Below, piece after piece: positions 13,211 through 26,380 of a stretch of 64,000 bases of DNA. Source of the stretch: Felis catus (lineage: Eukaryota); assembly GCF_018350175.1 (NCBI RefSeq), contig NC_058368.1, positions 232,068,001 to 232,132,000 of the forward strand, written 5' to 3'. The position numbers and the translations under genes are program-made. Under the pieces are notes generated by a model, which had not been told where the DNA came from, ran no database searches, and worked only from the letters and a program-made list of their open reading frames with translations. Every line of letters starts with the position of its first letter. Positions within the stretch are counted from its first letter, which is position 1.

Positions 13211-14039
13211 GTATGGGCAGGCAGTTTCAGGAAAAAAACTGTGAGAAATAAGGAGGGAGAAAGGAGACACCATTTAATGAGCCAGACCAGTAGGGTTAAC
13301 ATGTTCGCTTAATGGGGAGACATATGTCACAGTCAGAAATCAGTCCCAGGGGTGAGAATCAATTACCTAGAATCAAAAGACAGCCATTAGTAGTGTTCAG
13401 ACCAGAATGGTCTCAAAATGATACGTAAATGTGCCTGCGAATGAACAATGAAGACATAAAAGAGTTGTACTCTAAGAACTATTACTGTGTGTTTCTGTGT
13501 ATGTGCGTGTGTTGGGGGGGTGTGCCCATGAAACTCGGAAAGTGACATGGGATGACTGATTGGTGAAGCCGTGTGACACAGGGGCCAAGGGACAGCATGG
13601 TCTGAGAGGTTCTGATTCTAATGTTGGGACTTTATCTGATCCTAATAGTCTTGAATAAATCACCCTGTTTGTAACCTAGAACATACTAAAGGAAACGTGT
13701 CAGTCTCCTTTGATGCTTCTCTTCCCTGGGGTGCTGGCATGGGTAGCCTGAGCACTGTGGCTCTTTCTCTGTCCCCTTCCTCTCTGTTCACCTGTTGAAT
13801 GTCTCCAGCACCCTGATTTATCGCTGATGAAATGGTTGTGAGGGCACCACAGCTCTCAGGTATTCAGGGGAGTAAAAGTACAGGGTTGAAATTCACTAGC
13901 AATGGTGGGGCAGGGAGGGGCACCTTTGCATACTGGGACATGCCAGGCAGGAAAAGGATCCTCAGCAGAGTTAAGTTTTTGCTTGGGGAGATGTGGCCCG
14001 AAAACGTGGCATGTTTCTTATCGTAAGTCCGTGTCTTCC

Positions 14040-14362
14040 TGTCTTGGTCTGTTGGGGCCGCTAGAACAGAACTCTACAGACTTGGGTGGCTTATAAACAG
14101 CAGAGATTTCTATCTCCTGGTTCTAGAGGATGGAAGTCCAAGGTCAGGGAGCATGGCTGGGTTCTGGGTTACAGATTGGCCACTGTCTCCCTGTGGCCTC
14201 ACATGGTCGAAGAGGTGAGGCATTTCTGGAGCTTCTTGTACGAGGGCGGCCATCCTCATGACCTAATCACCTACCCAAAGCTTTGCCTCCTAACACCATC
14301 CCCTTTGGGGGTTAGGGTTTCAACATAAGAATTTGGAGGAGATCCAAACATTCATGCTATAA
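14040..14362 (-). mobile_element. MLT1A-like MaLR solo LTR
   Basis: tgtcttggtctg...gacttgggtggcttataaacagcaga...ggaagtccaaggtcaggg...ggggttagggtttcaacata...aaacattca. Confidence 0.8.
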
Positions 14363-14590
14363 CCCTTCCCTCGTGGACAGCACCTGAAAAGGGCACTGAG
14401 GGGTTTCCGAGAATATTCTCTGTATGTCCTCTGACCCAAAATGGAGGACTTTGAACTTTCTCTCCAGTTGTCCTGCCCGGAGCTCTACGGAGCATGGTGG
14501 ACACCACCATCTTCTTTCCTCAGTGGTGTGAAGGCACTTCCAGCTCGTTGTGTATGAGAAGTGCCTTTCTAGAAAGTTCCCAGATTTAGA

Positions 14591-14690
14591 TGTGGGTGTG
14601 TGTGTGTGTGGGGGGGGGGGGTGGGTGGGTGTGAGAGAGAGAGAGAAAGATAGAGATGGGGGTGGGTGTATGAGAGGCTTGAGAGAGAGG
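14591..14690. repeat. Compound (GT)n/poly-G/(GA)n microsatellite
   Basis: Directly visible. Confidence 0.85.
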
Positions 14691-16290
14691 TGGCCTTTCA
14701 ACCTCATCAGACCCCTTAGGTAATTAATTGACTAAAAATATGAACAATTTCTTTTACTGGAAATATTTACAGAAAAAGTCTTTCTTAAAAGAGCTAGTGA
14801 GTGGAAGAATGTGGTGACTGGGTCCCAGAACCACGACGCTATAAATCTGAAGACCCAATAGTGCTGTACTGTCCCTGCAGACAATGCCCCCACGCACCTG
14901 AACGCACAGTCAGGCCGGCTTCCGCCGGAAACCGGAAATGGCTGGAGAGCGGCTCTCGTTCCTTTCCTGTGCAATGGGGAATCTGCTGAGAATTGCAATG
15001 GGTCTGGAAATTTCAGTGTTTTCCATAAACTGCGTGTGGCCACGATTGATCGACTGCTTGCAATGGATCGGGAGCCATCCTCAGTGCTTTCCTTGGAGGT
15101 AACCCTCGCCACAGCCGCAGGGCGGAGGTAGGAGTATGGGCCCCATTTTACAGATGAGAGCACCCAGGCATGGGGTGCTTAAGCTTCCCTCACAAGGTTG
15201 TGTCCTGGCACAGCTTTGGCTTTCGCGCAAGTATCCTTCTGGCTCCCGTGGTCACTGTGCGGTGATGGCCGGCAGCATCCTGCAGGCAGGAAGCCAATCA
15301 GGAGGCGGGGGTGAGGGTAGGGAGCCATCGTGCCCATGAAGGCGATGAGTGGCCAGTAATTGCCGGAGGTGCCACTTGTAAGCCTCTCATCTGGAAAACT
15401 GATCCGTGCGTGTGTCTGGATTGCTAACTTCCCTGGGAGGAGTCACGCCGGCCTCTGTGTCACATCGGTGAAGGCCTGAAAATCTTCAAATGCTAGCAGC
15501 CTCCAGTGGTGTTTCCTCGGCAGCTCCACTACCCTCTTCCGCGCGCGCTGGGCTCCCGTTCCTCCTCCTGCAGGGAGATGTTTCTGGTGGAAACCTGGCC
15601 TCCGCATGCTGCCCGACTAAATAAAAATAGACCTGCTGTGGCACTGCCTTGTCAAAGTCATCCTTGATCTGGGTCTGCACGGAGGGCTCTGATCCATCTG
15701 CCATAAAAGAGAGGGCAAGTGTTCCCAAAATGGCCTTGTGGCGGAGGTGGCCTGGGCCACGCAGTGTTTTCTGGGAGCTTCTCTGGCGTTATTTCATAGG
15801 TTAAATTGGACGTTGGAAAGGGTGTGGTGAAGAGGCCACTTAAGTGGTTTGGAGGAGGCAACTTTCACCCCGTGCAAGATGGCGGTGGCTCCGCGTGGGG
15901 GGCAGACTCTAAGATCGCAGAGTGACCAAGGGGTGATGCCGGGACGCCGGAGACAGCTCTACCAATGAGCTCATCCTTCTGCTTGTTCCAGACGGTGTGC
16001 ACGCACAGGCTACTAGCCCTCAGCCTCTCTATTGGCTTTGTCTTCCCATGTCTGGCTGCTCAGTAGGGATGCTTCTTGGTCCTCTCAAGGTCATGCCCAT
16101 TGTCCTGACTTGGCCGTCACTTACCACTTCCACTAGGACAGCATGTGTCCATTTCAGACATCTACCCATCTCTCCAAATAGTGAAAATAATCTACTTGAG
16201 TTTCTTGCTGGTGTTGAGAAACTTGTTAATCTCTTAGTTCCATGGAAATAACCTTGGTCGGGCCAGCCTGTTATGTAAAATGATAGCTTC

Positions 16291-16302
16291 TTTTTAAAAT
16301 TT

Positions 16303-16347
<45 letters not shown>

Positions 16348-16348
16348 G

Positions 16349-16391
<43 letters not shown>

Positions 16392-16546
16392 CAGGGGAGA
16401 GGGGAAGAGGGAGAGAGAGGGAGATCTTAAGCAGGCGCCATGCTCAGCATCGAGCCAGACGTGGGGCTCCATCCCAGGACCCTGGGATCATGACTTGAGC
16501 TGAAATCAAGTCAGAGGCTCAATGGACCGAGCCACTCAGGCTCCCC
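16291..16546 (-). mobile_element. Older Can-SINE with (TG)n(TA)n(GA)n microsatellite in its tail
   Basis: ...gagccactcaggctcccc head. Degenerate TSD aaaatgatagcttctt / aaaacaatagcttctt. Confidence 0.9.
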
Positions 16547-17222
16547 AAAACAATAGCTTCTTAGAGACCCGTCCCACACTCGTGCCTTCGTAGGGTCTGT
16601 CTGTTGGGTGCCAGGTCTCCTGCCATTACTGTTTATACCTGGGCTAACTTTCTCTTCCATAGTCCCTGGAGTGTGGCTCTCCCTGCACCAGCTCCTCATT
16701 AAGGGGGCATTCATGATTTGAGTCAGAGGCCAAAGCAACTCTCAGGAGGAGGCCAATTTGTTTCTAAACCTACAGCAGTAGAGTCCAAAGCCTAATGTGG
16801 CTGATGTTTGTGTTCTGCCCCCCCGCTGTGCTGATCGCCACTGCATATTTCATTGTTCTTCCCCTTCATTGTCAAGACAGATCCTTTCCTTTTCTCTGAT
16901 TTCTTGCCTCACACTTGGGCAGCCAGAGGGGACTCTTTCACACCCTTGATTGTGGACCGACGAGTTGATGCTTCTAAACTTGTACACACCAAATGCATCC
17001 AGCAAGACAGAACACTGTAATACTCAGACTGTGGTTGAATTCCAAAGCAGGATGTGTTGTAACTATAAATCATGGTGAATGTAGGTGATCCATAAGAATG
17101 AAGACTCATAGAATGGGTTTGTATTCTCTTACTTAAACTCAATTTCAGAATTGACTGCCTGTGTCCTTTGGTCCATTCCACATGGATCAAGAGAGTCCAT
17201 TAATAACTGAGATTCACTGTAG

Positions 17223-17223
<1 letters not shown>

Positions 17224-17260
<37 letters not shown>
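17224..17260. repeat. (CA)n microsatellite
   Basis: Perfect CA run about 225 nt upstream of the 17486 exon. Confidence 0.95.
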
Positions 17261-17264
<4 letters not shown>

Positions 17265-17485
17265 CTTATTCCTTAACTCTCTTGCCAATCTCAAATGTGT
17301 TAATCTCAAACCTGCTGATATACTGAATGCCTCTCTGAATTCTGAGGTGTGAAGACAACTGTGCTACACGCATTCTTGGAAAGCCCCAAATCATTGCTTT
17401 GTTTTGCCTTGTTCTCATAATTTTGATGACCTGTAATATTTTGAATCTATTAAAATTAAAACTCCTCTCCTTTTGTGTTTTGTAG

Positions 17486-17531
17486 AAACTACCTCTTCAG
17501 GTTACAGCTTGAGGATTTGTCTCTGATCCAG
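17486..17531 (+). CDS. SEMA5A: Semaphorin-5A next coding exon, 46 nt, phase 2 to 0
   Basis: ctctccttttgtgttttgtag acceptor and CAG|GTAGGT donor. The first A completes the split Arg codon AG|A, then NYLFRLQLEDLSLIQ continues the SEMA5A sequence in frame. Too short to appear in the ORF track. Confidence 0.96.
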
Positions 17532-18407
17532 GTAGGTGCGATTTATCTTTCTCAAGCTTTCATTTTCCATCCCAATGAGCTTACCGTTTGAGAGAATGAA
17601 GACAGATGTGTGTAAAGGTATTAATCATGCCAGAGCAGAGATTCGCTTCCTCAGCGAGTCAGGCTGCCAGACCCTATCTGATATGAGTCGTCACCTGCCT
17701 TAATTCCCGATTGGCCCTTTTTTCCTACTGTGCATCCTCCCTTCCTGTCATGGGCATCGTCCTGATTTAGTCTTCACCACATGATAGATAATTCAGAGGA
17801 CATCCCCTCAGTGTCTGGGAGAGCCCTTACCCACTCTGCCCCCACCCCCAGTTAGAATGGCCATTGATTATTTATTTTGCTGCATTCGGCCATCATAGTT
17901 TTGGAAAAGTCAGTTCCCTTAGGAAAACATCTTTGTTTCCTCTTTACCTTTTATAATTAAATAAATATGAGTATAGGGGTAAAAAACCACATATAGAAAA
18001 GAGTAAGTGGCGATAGATACAAATGCACTTTACGTACTTCTGTTTTTACAGTTTGAAGAAGGACACAGATCCTTCTGCCCGAGTAGAGTATTTATTTTAG
18101 AGGCAGATGTGAATCACGAAGGCCCACTGTTGCCCTCCAGGCTTTTAGAAGGGTCTGGTAACCATGGTCTCCATGGACAAGGGGAGAGTTAGAACATGAC
18201 TATCTCTCTCACCGACTATCTGGAACTCCCCATGGAACGTGCTAGAACTACTCCTGGGCCATGTGTATCTTGGGAAAAGGTCTTCAATTGTAATGTCACC
18301 CTCCTGTACTAGAGCCCTAAGAAGTAGTTGGAGAGGAGTTTGTGTTAATTTCTTCTGCATGTAATGCTGGGATTTGTGAACATCCAGGAAATTTTGGAGC
18401 TAGGGTG

Positions 18408-18510
18408 TTTTTTTTTTTTTAAGTAGGCTCCACGCCCAGTGTGGGGCTCAAACTCACAACCCCAACATCGGAAGTTGCATGCTCTACTGACCTAGCCAGC
18501 CAGGCACCCC
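18408..18510 (-). mobile_element. Short Can-SINE variant lacking the (CT)n body
   Basis: poly-T, aagtaggctccacgcccagtgtggggctcaaactcacaacc...ccagccaggcacccc. TSD agctagggt at 18398-18406 and 18511-18519. Confidence 0.88.
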
Positions 18511-19309
18511 AGCTAGGGTTTAATATTCGACCTATCTTTCATTCACCAGGGCTTCAAGATAAGCCAATCCCACAAGCAAAGCTAATTTTGGTAAAAACGC
18601 AAGGGCTTTGAAGACGATAGACCTGGGTTTGTGATATAGCTCCCTTCCTCCCAGCAGCTGTGGGTTTCCTCATCTGTGAAACGGCCACAGGGCACGATCT
18701 CCCCACGCTGTCACTGCTAAAATTAAACAGAGTAAAATGTGCAGAAGGAAGAAGCCATAGCAATTTGTCAACAAATGTCAATTGTGTTTGTTTTTAAAAG
18801 TGATGATGCTAAACAATGACTTAGTATTGTAATCATTTCATCACACCAGACAATGAGTGATCTTGCCACTGTAGTTTAGCATATACATCTTTTGTTTTGT
18901 TTTGGTTTTCTTTAGTGTATAAGTCCTTGTGCGAGTTGATTTGTTGGGAAAACCGTGAATGTATTAAGAAGAAATCAGAATGATCAGCAGTGTAACTAAA
19001 ATACCACTTTAAAACTCTGATTTTGAAGAATCTTTTATAAAAATATAGATCTTTCAATAGGCAGGAACTATATATTATGCTCATTTTGACTCTCATGGTG
19101 TAATAGACGGTCTGCTGCATTGTGTATGTGTGTGTGGGAAAAAATGGTGTGTGTAGATGTGTGTGCACATATTTGTTTACATGTACGTGCTCTCTCATTT
19201 CCTTGTTTCCTAGTTTTGTTGGCTGGAAGGTTCTGGAAGGAGTGTCATCGTAGTAGCAATGAGCACATTTAATATATAGTTCTTGGTTTCTAAATTTTAC
19301 CACACACTA

Positions 19310-20480
19310 AAATGAACTAAAGTTTCTTGGAGAAGTAGCCGGTTCCAGGGTCTGGGCGGCAAAAGTCTCAGAGAAGCCTAGAAGGTCTTGTTGTTTCCAG
19401 AATTCAGGACATATTCAGAGAATGATGAGGGCAGGTCCAAAGGACCTAGGTGCCAACTGAACGTTGGGCTCACTGAAGAAATCTGGGACAATGGATTGTT
19501 AAATAATGATGGTATCCGATTATAACACGGTGAATAAGAATCAACAAGAATATACCAACATCAGAAAAGAAATGAATGAATAAACAAATGAGGCAGAAGG
19601 AGGGGCCATTCTTCCTTACTGTCAAATACCAACTGCCAGATATTGAAGGCATGATTTAATTAAGACATCATTTGGTTACCATCACACTAAAAATTGATTC
19701 AGGCAAAAATGATCAATGGCTGCTAAAATTTATGGCCGAGACTTTGATGATGGCCAAGATATTTATAAAGTCTCCAAGTAGTTACCTATGTGATGTTTAT
19801 TAATTATAAGAGGAAAATTATGACTTGATGGTGAAGAAACCCAGCCATTCTCACCATAACCAAGTAATGGGACAAAGAACTTAGTCAACGTGTCCTGATT
19901 CAGGGCATGGAGAAGGACACAGCAAGGTATGCTCGTCATTCCAACCAGTTTTATCAGGAGGAACCAGAACACAAACCAAAACTGAGGGGCATTCTATAAA
20001 AACTGGCCTCTACTCTTCAAAAATCACCAGGTCATGAAAGGCACGTAAAGAATGAAGGGCTAGTCCATCATCAAGGAGAAAAAATGGCATGGCAGTCAAA
20101 CGAAACACTCAGTCCAACTTCTATCTTGGAAGAGAAGAAAATGTTTTTTCTTGCTTCTATAAAGGACACCATTGGGACAACTGGCAACATTTTAACGTCT
20201 TCAGAATAGACAGCAGAAATGTATTGATAGTAATTTTCTGATTTTGATAACTGTAATGTGTTTGTGTAGGAGAATGACCTCGTTCTCTGGACAAACCTGA
20301 GATAAGGAGGAGTAAAGGGTATCATTTTTCTAACTTCTGAAATCATTTAAAAATTACAATACACGCATGCAGAAAGAGTGATAAAGAAATGTGGTAAAAT
20401 AATTAATGGGCAAACCCAGGAATTTCAGTGAAGGGTTTATCAGAGCCCAGTGTGTTTTTCTTGCAAATTTAGCTATTGCG
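19310..20480 (+). mobile_element. Ancient L1M (L1MD/ME-like) 3' region
   Basis: ttcttggagaagtagccggttccagggtctggg...aaaggacaccattgggacaactggc...ttctgattttgataactgtaatgtg...gtaggagaatgacc...gttttttcttgcaa motifs. Confidence 0.6.
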
Positions 20481-20987
20481 GAATAAACAGGTGCATTTGC
20501 CATTGACGCTGTGTGTGACGTTGCTGTGGGGGCGAGGGAACCAAGTTGCTTTTCCCATCATGGTTTCCTGTCTTCACGACGGCCTTCTGGTGGAACTCAA
20601 GTTGAGGTTGTTGGTTGAAAAACCATCAGCATGACCCCTTGGTGAGAGAGCGCACAGTTTACTGACATGGGACCCGGCAAGAAGTCAGTGGCTTTCTGAA
20701 TGGTGGCTTTGATGACACAGCCCTGGTGCCAGCTGTCAGACATCACTCTGCCGTTGGTGCAAAACAGTCCAAGATGCACAATTTGCGGTGGTTGTGCTGC
20801 TCAGTAGCCTCCTGTGTACTCCGTATGGAGAGTGATGAAGCTGGCAGACTGTTCTTTCTTACATGTCTTCAGTAAAGTTGTCTTCTTGATTTCTATGACT
20901 AATTTCTTGTCATTTAAATGACTATTTCCCAGGGTGACCAAAAAGAGAGGTGCACAGCTAAAGAAAGGGCTATATTGGTGGTATAAT

Positions 20988-21270
20988 CAGCACCGTCCAG
21001 TAGAAACATAATGTGAGCCTCACGGGTAGTTTGTTGAAACTGGTGGTCAGTCATTTTGAAACAAGTACAAAGAAATGGGAATCATTTTTAATAATAGGTT
21101 TGTCTTGACTCCTATCAAAAATATTATTTCAATATGTACTCATTTCAAGAAATCAGTGAGATATTACATTTTTAAGATTAAATCTGTAAAATCTAAAGCG
21201 TATTTTACATAGAGAGCACCAGTTCAAGACATCACCAGGGCAAGTGCTACCCCATTGGATGTTCCAGTTG
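20988..21270. mobile_element. MER33/MER3-like hAT element
   Basis: cagcaccgtccagtagaaacataatgtgagcc...aatattatttcaatatgta...gtattttacatagagagcacc. Confidence 0.6.
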
Positions 21271-23884
21271 TAGAGAATGCGTACAGAGGCATTTATGACT
21301 CGGAAGCCTTCAGTTATGTCGTAGAAATATTAGTTTCTCCTAGGATCAGCCGGATTGATTTGAACATTTCAGGCTAATAATTGCCTCCTTCCGTCTCTCA
21401 CTAAAGATAACAAGTGATTGTTTCAACATGGAAGGTGGGGAAGCTGAGGCGAGGGGGAAAACAGTTTGCCACAGAGCGGAGAACATCGGTATTGAGAATC
21501 ATCGAGAGCCCTTATTTCACACCGGACAAGGCTTCATTTGATCTTGCCCCTCTCTGCATGACGGCAGGGTCCACCTCTGGTGGGTCCTGCGTTGATCCTG
21601 TCTCTCTCCATCGCCGTGGGGTGCCTCCACCTTGTCTGTCAGTGTCACGCTGCTTATAGCTTTCTAACCTGTCACCTGGAGGTTCTTTCCTAGCATTGAG
21701 CAAACATTTAGTTTTGCCGTCCTCTCTGGTAAACACGTTCGCCCCATGCTCTTCTTAATCTAGAAAAAGACTGCTGATCCTGAGTCCCCCGGTAGACACA
21801 CTGTCTTTGTGACTCAGCCTGAGCCACTTCGGGCAGGTGACCCTCTGATTCATTTCGTAGCCTCACAGCCTCGGTTTCTGATGAGCACCCATTGATTCAC
21901 ATGCAAATTCACTCTGTGTGTCATGAGGAACGTTCTATTTCTGTCTCCTTGGTGTTGGGTCATCAGATTAGATTACCCGCAGGTGGTAGACGCGAGACAA
22001 ATGTCTGTTTTAATGCCTTGGTCTCGAGTAATATGTTCACTCTTTAACTTTTTTAAACTCTGCATTAGGGGGTGGAGGTAAGCTTCGTATTTTCGTCCCT
22101 CAATTCAAGAGAAGGAAAGGAACACAACCCAGAAACTAGAGCCATGAGAGACGCTTGCTGAAAGAGGCATCCAGAAACACACGTGTGTGCCCTCTCACCC
22201 CAAAGCATACTTCTAGGACAATACAGGTGACTGCCGACTCCGATCCACTCCTTTCTGACCCGCCAGCCACCTGTCTGCTCAGTAATGCTCTGTACTCTTC
22301 CTCTGCCCCGAATTCGTCTCCTTGCCTCGATCGTGTTTTAGGATCAGTAACAAGACAGAAGATGCTGGATGATATTCCTTTTTCTCCTTCTGTTGGCTGG
22401 TTGTTACAGAATTCTAGAGACCGTCTCCCACGAATGATCCCTGAATTCAACGTCCTGCTGTACACAGAGGAGTCAGCCCAGCCCCCGGCCATAATAGGGG
22501 CACAGTGAACACCTCTCCATGCACCCTCCCCGTCCCCGCTTCCTCAGATCAAGGTGGTCCCCACACTGGTGATCCCCATTTATGGTGTTTGGTGAGAGGA
22601 GAAGTGGCGGGGGGCAGGTCTCGTTTCCCCCTGAGCAGCGAAGGGAGGACCAGACACAGGCTGCTGGCATTACACACCGGAGTCAGCACACCGTCCATCC
22701 GGACGTGGCCATGCCTTGTGACTCGGCTCGTGAAACTGTGCCGAGATCCGCTGGTAAGGAAAATGGAGTTCGGTCGGGTGGCCTCAGAATGGGAAAACTC
22801 ACAGCAAGGTCAGGTTGCCTGATAAGCCAGATGCTGAAAGCAGTCTGGAGGCTGGACAGAACCCGGATTCAAAGCAGTCTTTCCCTTTGCCTCTCTAGTT
22901 AGGGCGAGACACCACTGGTAGGGTTTCTAAAGCAGTAAAGGTTTGATCCAGGATTGGGTCGGACACATTTTCTCTGTTACCCTGGATGAACATTATGTGC
23001 TTGAGGAAAATGCCTTGGCATCACCACAGACATATGCACATATAGGTGTACCACGAGGTAAAATGCCTGTACTCAGAATATTTGTTACCATTTTCAAACA
23101 GGCATACCTTCTGTATTAAAGTGCAAGATCGAGAGTTGCTTTTAATTTAAGGAAAGAAAACCTGGTTTTCATCAATGTCGAGAGAACCAGACATCGATGT
23201 GATATCATTTAGAAAGCATCTTTCCACTCAGAGGCTGCGATCAGTTTCCCTGTGGCTACCGAGTGCTACAATTTAGCCATGACATCTTGAAAGCCAGTCA
23301 GGCTTGGTGATCGAAGACGTGGCTGCTCACCGTTGTGAGTGTTTCGCACGTCTTGTCACGATAGCCAGATTCAACTCTTCAGATCACCTTCCTTCTTGCT
23401 TTGATCACAGCAGTTATTTTTTAAGAACAAAGAAGGTTTTTTTGAGCAATTCAGAAATGCAGCTGGCCTCAAGACTAATTGACAACATTTGCCCCTCTGG
23501 GGTGATGCCTGGGATGGCCCGAGGTGGACACTCCTTGAACAGCATCCCAAGAGCACAAAGGACTGCAGCTCATTTAGGCTCCCCATCTTTCTAATATTCT
23601 TTGAGGGAATTGCTCCAAATCCATTTTCATATTGTTTTGTTACCAGGGGAAAGGAATTCACAGCCCGTTTCTCACTCACAACTGCTGGAATAAGCAGAAA
23701 AATCGAAATCTGTGCTCCGATTTGCCACCTGCCTCCCCGTGAGTTGTTAGTTAAAAACCATTAAGTGTGTGGCTACCTGGTCAACATTGGTAGAGACTTC
23801 TGTTGGAAGTTAGCGTAGATGTTAACTTTGTTTCCTGGATCTTTAAGTTTGGGGAACTGACTTTCAACCTGACATTGTCTAAAC

Positions 23885-24085
23885 CAGTGTTTCTCAACTG
23901 GGGGCTGCCGAACCTGCTGAGAACCTCTGGCTTTCACAAACTCTGATGGGAACGGTGAGACACATCTGTGGGGTGGAAGCCAGGAATTCTGCTCAGCATC
24001 CCGTAATGCGTAGGGTGGGCTGTCCCCACTCCACAAAGACCACGGTGGCTCTGGGTTCTAATGGCGCCAAGGTTGAAACCCTGTG
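23885..24085. mobile_element. MER20-like hAT element
   Basis: cagtgtttctcaactggggg...aggaattctgctcagcatccc...aatggcgccaaggttgaaaccctg. Confidence 0.7.
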
Positions 24086-24343
24086 TTGGGTAACTGCTGT
24101 CTCACTCCCATAGACTTTGAAGAAGCTGCTTGTCTAGTCTGTGATGTTAAGATGACTTGATTGAATCTGTAAGATCTCTGATGTGCTGAAGGAAGTTTTC
24201 TCTTTAGAGTTCTTCCTATGTTGAACCAAACACACGTATGAAAACTTGGTGGCCATTTCTAAAAGAAGCTGCTGGAACTCTGGAGTTTAAATTGTTTCCT
24301 CTTGTCAATACGCGATTAAATTTAAAAATAAATTCGGTCAACT

Positions 24344-24478
24344 GGGGCACCTGGGTGGCTCAGTTGGTTCAGCATCTGACTTCAGCTCAGGTCGTCATCT
24401 CACACTTTGTGGGTTCGAGCCTCGTGTCGGGCTCTGTGCTGACAGGTCAGAGCCCGGAGCCTGTTTCGGATTCTGTGT
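24344..24478 (+). mobile_element. Can-SINE lacking its 3' part
   Basis: Intact head ggggcacctgggtggctcagttggtt, ending abruptly at ggattctgtgt with no (CT)n, poly-A or downstream TSD. Confidence 0.9.
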
Positions 24479-24717
24479 AAGAATGACGTATTACTTAATA
24501 ATGTAGAATGACTATTCAAAGGAGGTATTCATATTGACTGATTTTTTTTCAATCAAATTTTATATTTATATTGGACAGTTAGAAACCAGTCCCTACTGCG
24601 GTCATCAGAAATCAGGTTTCTCAACTTTAGTTTTCCTTTCTTTATCAAACATGTTCCTAAAATCATCCTACTGTAGAAGTGGAAGGACTCATAGAGATCA
24701 GCGTTACTAAAACCTTT

Positions 24718-24972
24718 CAGGGGTGTGCAAACCAGTCCTTGTGGCTCATAGTTAAAGTTTCCTTGGAACATGGCCACGCCCGTTCACGTGCATACCGCCA
24801 ACCTGGGATTCTACTTCACAGAGTTTATTGGAACACGCACACACCGGTGTCTCTGAGATGCGCTCTATTTCTGCCGCATAGCAGGGTTGACCGGTTGTCA
24901 CAGAGACTGCCCTGCCTGAAAAGCCTAAAATATTTATTAAGTGACCCTTTTAGAAAGGGTTTGTTCTGTCAC
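24718..24972. mobile_element. MER58-like hAT element
   Basis: caggggtgtgcaaac...aaagtttccttggaacatggccacgccc...gagtttattggaacac...aaagcctaaaatattta...gacccttttagaaa. Confidence 0.7.
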
Positions 24973-25359
24973 CTCGTACATAAGAAGTTTTCGATGTGTT
25001 ATTTCCTGAATGAATGAGTGAACGCAATACGAGGCAGTGAAAAGTTTTGTTTCTGTTTTGTGTTTTGAGTTTTTCAGACAGTATCTGGTGGATGTGTTCT
25101 AATTGGAGTCCACGTGCAATGTCTCATGGTCCCAGCAGACCTTGACCTAAGTCGGTCTGCTAGTCTAGGTCTTCCTGGTCGGAAACCGAAGAATTTGGTC
25201 ACCTTTGTCCTTAAATTCTGAACTCCTGCAGCCACCCTCTTGGTGAACGCTCCCGGTCGAGTGCCGTTTTATCTACCCATTTACTTTCCCTTTCTCATAA
25301 CTTCCCGGAGGATTTATAGTCGTTTATGCATATTTCATAAGGATGATTTAGGTGTTCTA

Positions 25360-25710
25360 GTTTCAGAGTATTGGTGAAGGTGAGCTGACTGCTGTCGACA
25401 AGCAGCCCCGTGTCCTTAGGGGCTGGACACACACACGGAGCCTCATCACTTGCGCTACAGTGCACCGTAGGGGCGGCGGGAGCCCTGAGCCCAGAATTTC
25501 TGCCTTATGTGCCCTCATCTGCGACCCACATTTCCAGGGGCGGCATGGAACGGAGAATGGAAAATCCCACAAAGGAGATCCTATGGGCCATGCCCAGAAG
25601 TGGCACACCTCCCCTCTGCCCAGATGCCAGCGGCCATCACTCAGTCACCTGGCCTCAGTCAACTGCAAGGGGGCAGAACGTGTGGTTCGCATGCCCAGGA
25701 AGAGGCAGAG
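25360..25710 (-). mobile_element. Old MLT1 (K/L-like) LTR remnant
   Basis: cagaagtggcacacctcccctctgccca...agtcacctggcc...aactgcaaggggg...gcccaggaagagg motifs. Confidence 0.5.
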
Positions 25711-26172
25711 AAGTGGGGTGTTCAGACCTTGGCAGGTGTTGGCATTTTCACCCAGAGGGTGCTGGGAAACACGGGCCTAGCCGCTAGGGGTGCCCCTACT
25801 GTTCCCTGTTCTCCGTCCACCACCACCCCCAACCCACGTCATTCTCATTTTCTCTCTCACACACACAGATTTGTTCACGCTTCTAACGTCTCTGTAGAAA
25901 ACAAAGCAAGGGTACTTTAAATAAACCACACAACTTCCTCAGACCTCAGTTTCTCCACGGTGCCTTGTGGAGAGGAGACCTGGAGGAGGAGTGGACCGGA
26001 CTGTCCCTGCAGGCCCGTTCAGCATTAAAATCCTCACGTGCATCATCCTTCGACTTATTTCTCTTCCGTCATTGTGGCAAAAGCAGGCCCTCACTCTAAC
26101 TCTGTGCTCAGCCCTCCACATGCATTGTCTCAACGGGAGCCTCTCAACGTCACTAAGGTTGAAGTTACATGA

Positions 26173-26380
26173 TTTTTTTCTTTTCCTTTTTTTTTTTTTT
26201 TTTCTTGAGAAAGAGCAGGAGAGTGGGAGAGGGTCAGAGAGAAAGGGAGAGAGAAAATCTTAAGCAGGCCCCACACCCGGCACGGAGCCGGAAGCAGGGC
26301 CGGTCTCACGACTGTGAGATCGTGACCTGAGCTGCAATCAAGAGTCAGATGCTTCACCAACTGAGCCGCCCGGGCACCCC
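26173..26380 (-). mobile_element. Can-SINE
   Basis: ...ctgagccgcccgggcacccc head. TSD gaagttacat at 26161-26170 and 26381-26390. Confidence 0.92.

Larger units (their letters stand above)
1500..17485 (+). other. SEMA5A: SEMA5A GT-AG intron, 15,986 nt
   Basis: GT at 1500-1501 and AG at 17484-17485 join two phase-compatible exons. Confidence 0.92.
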
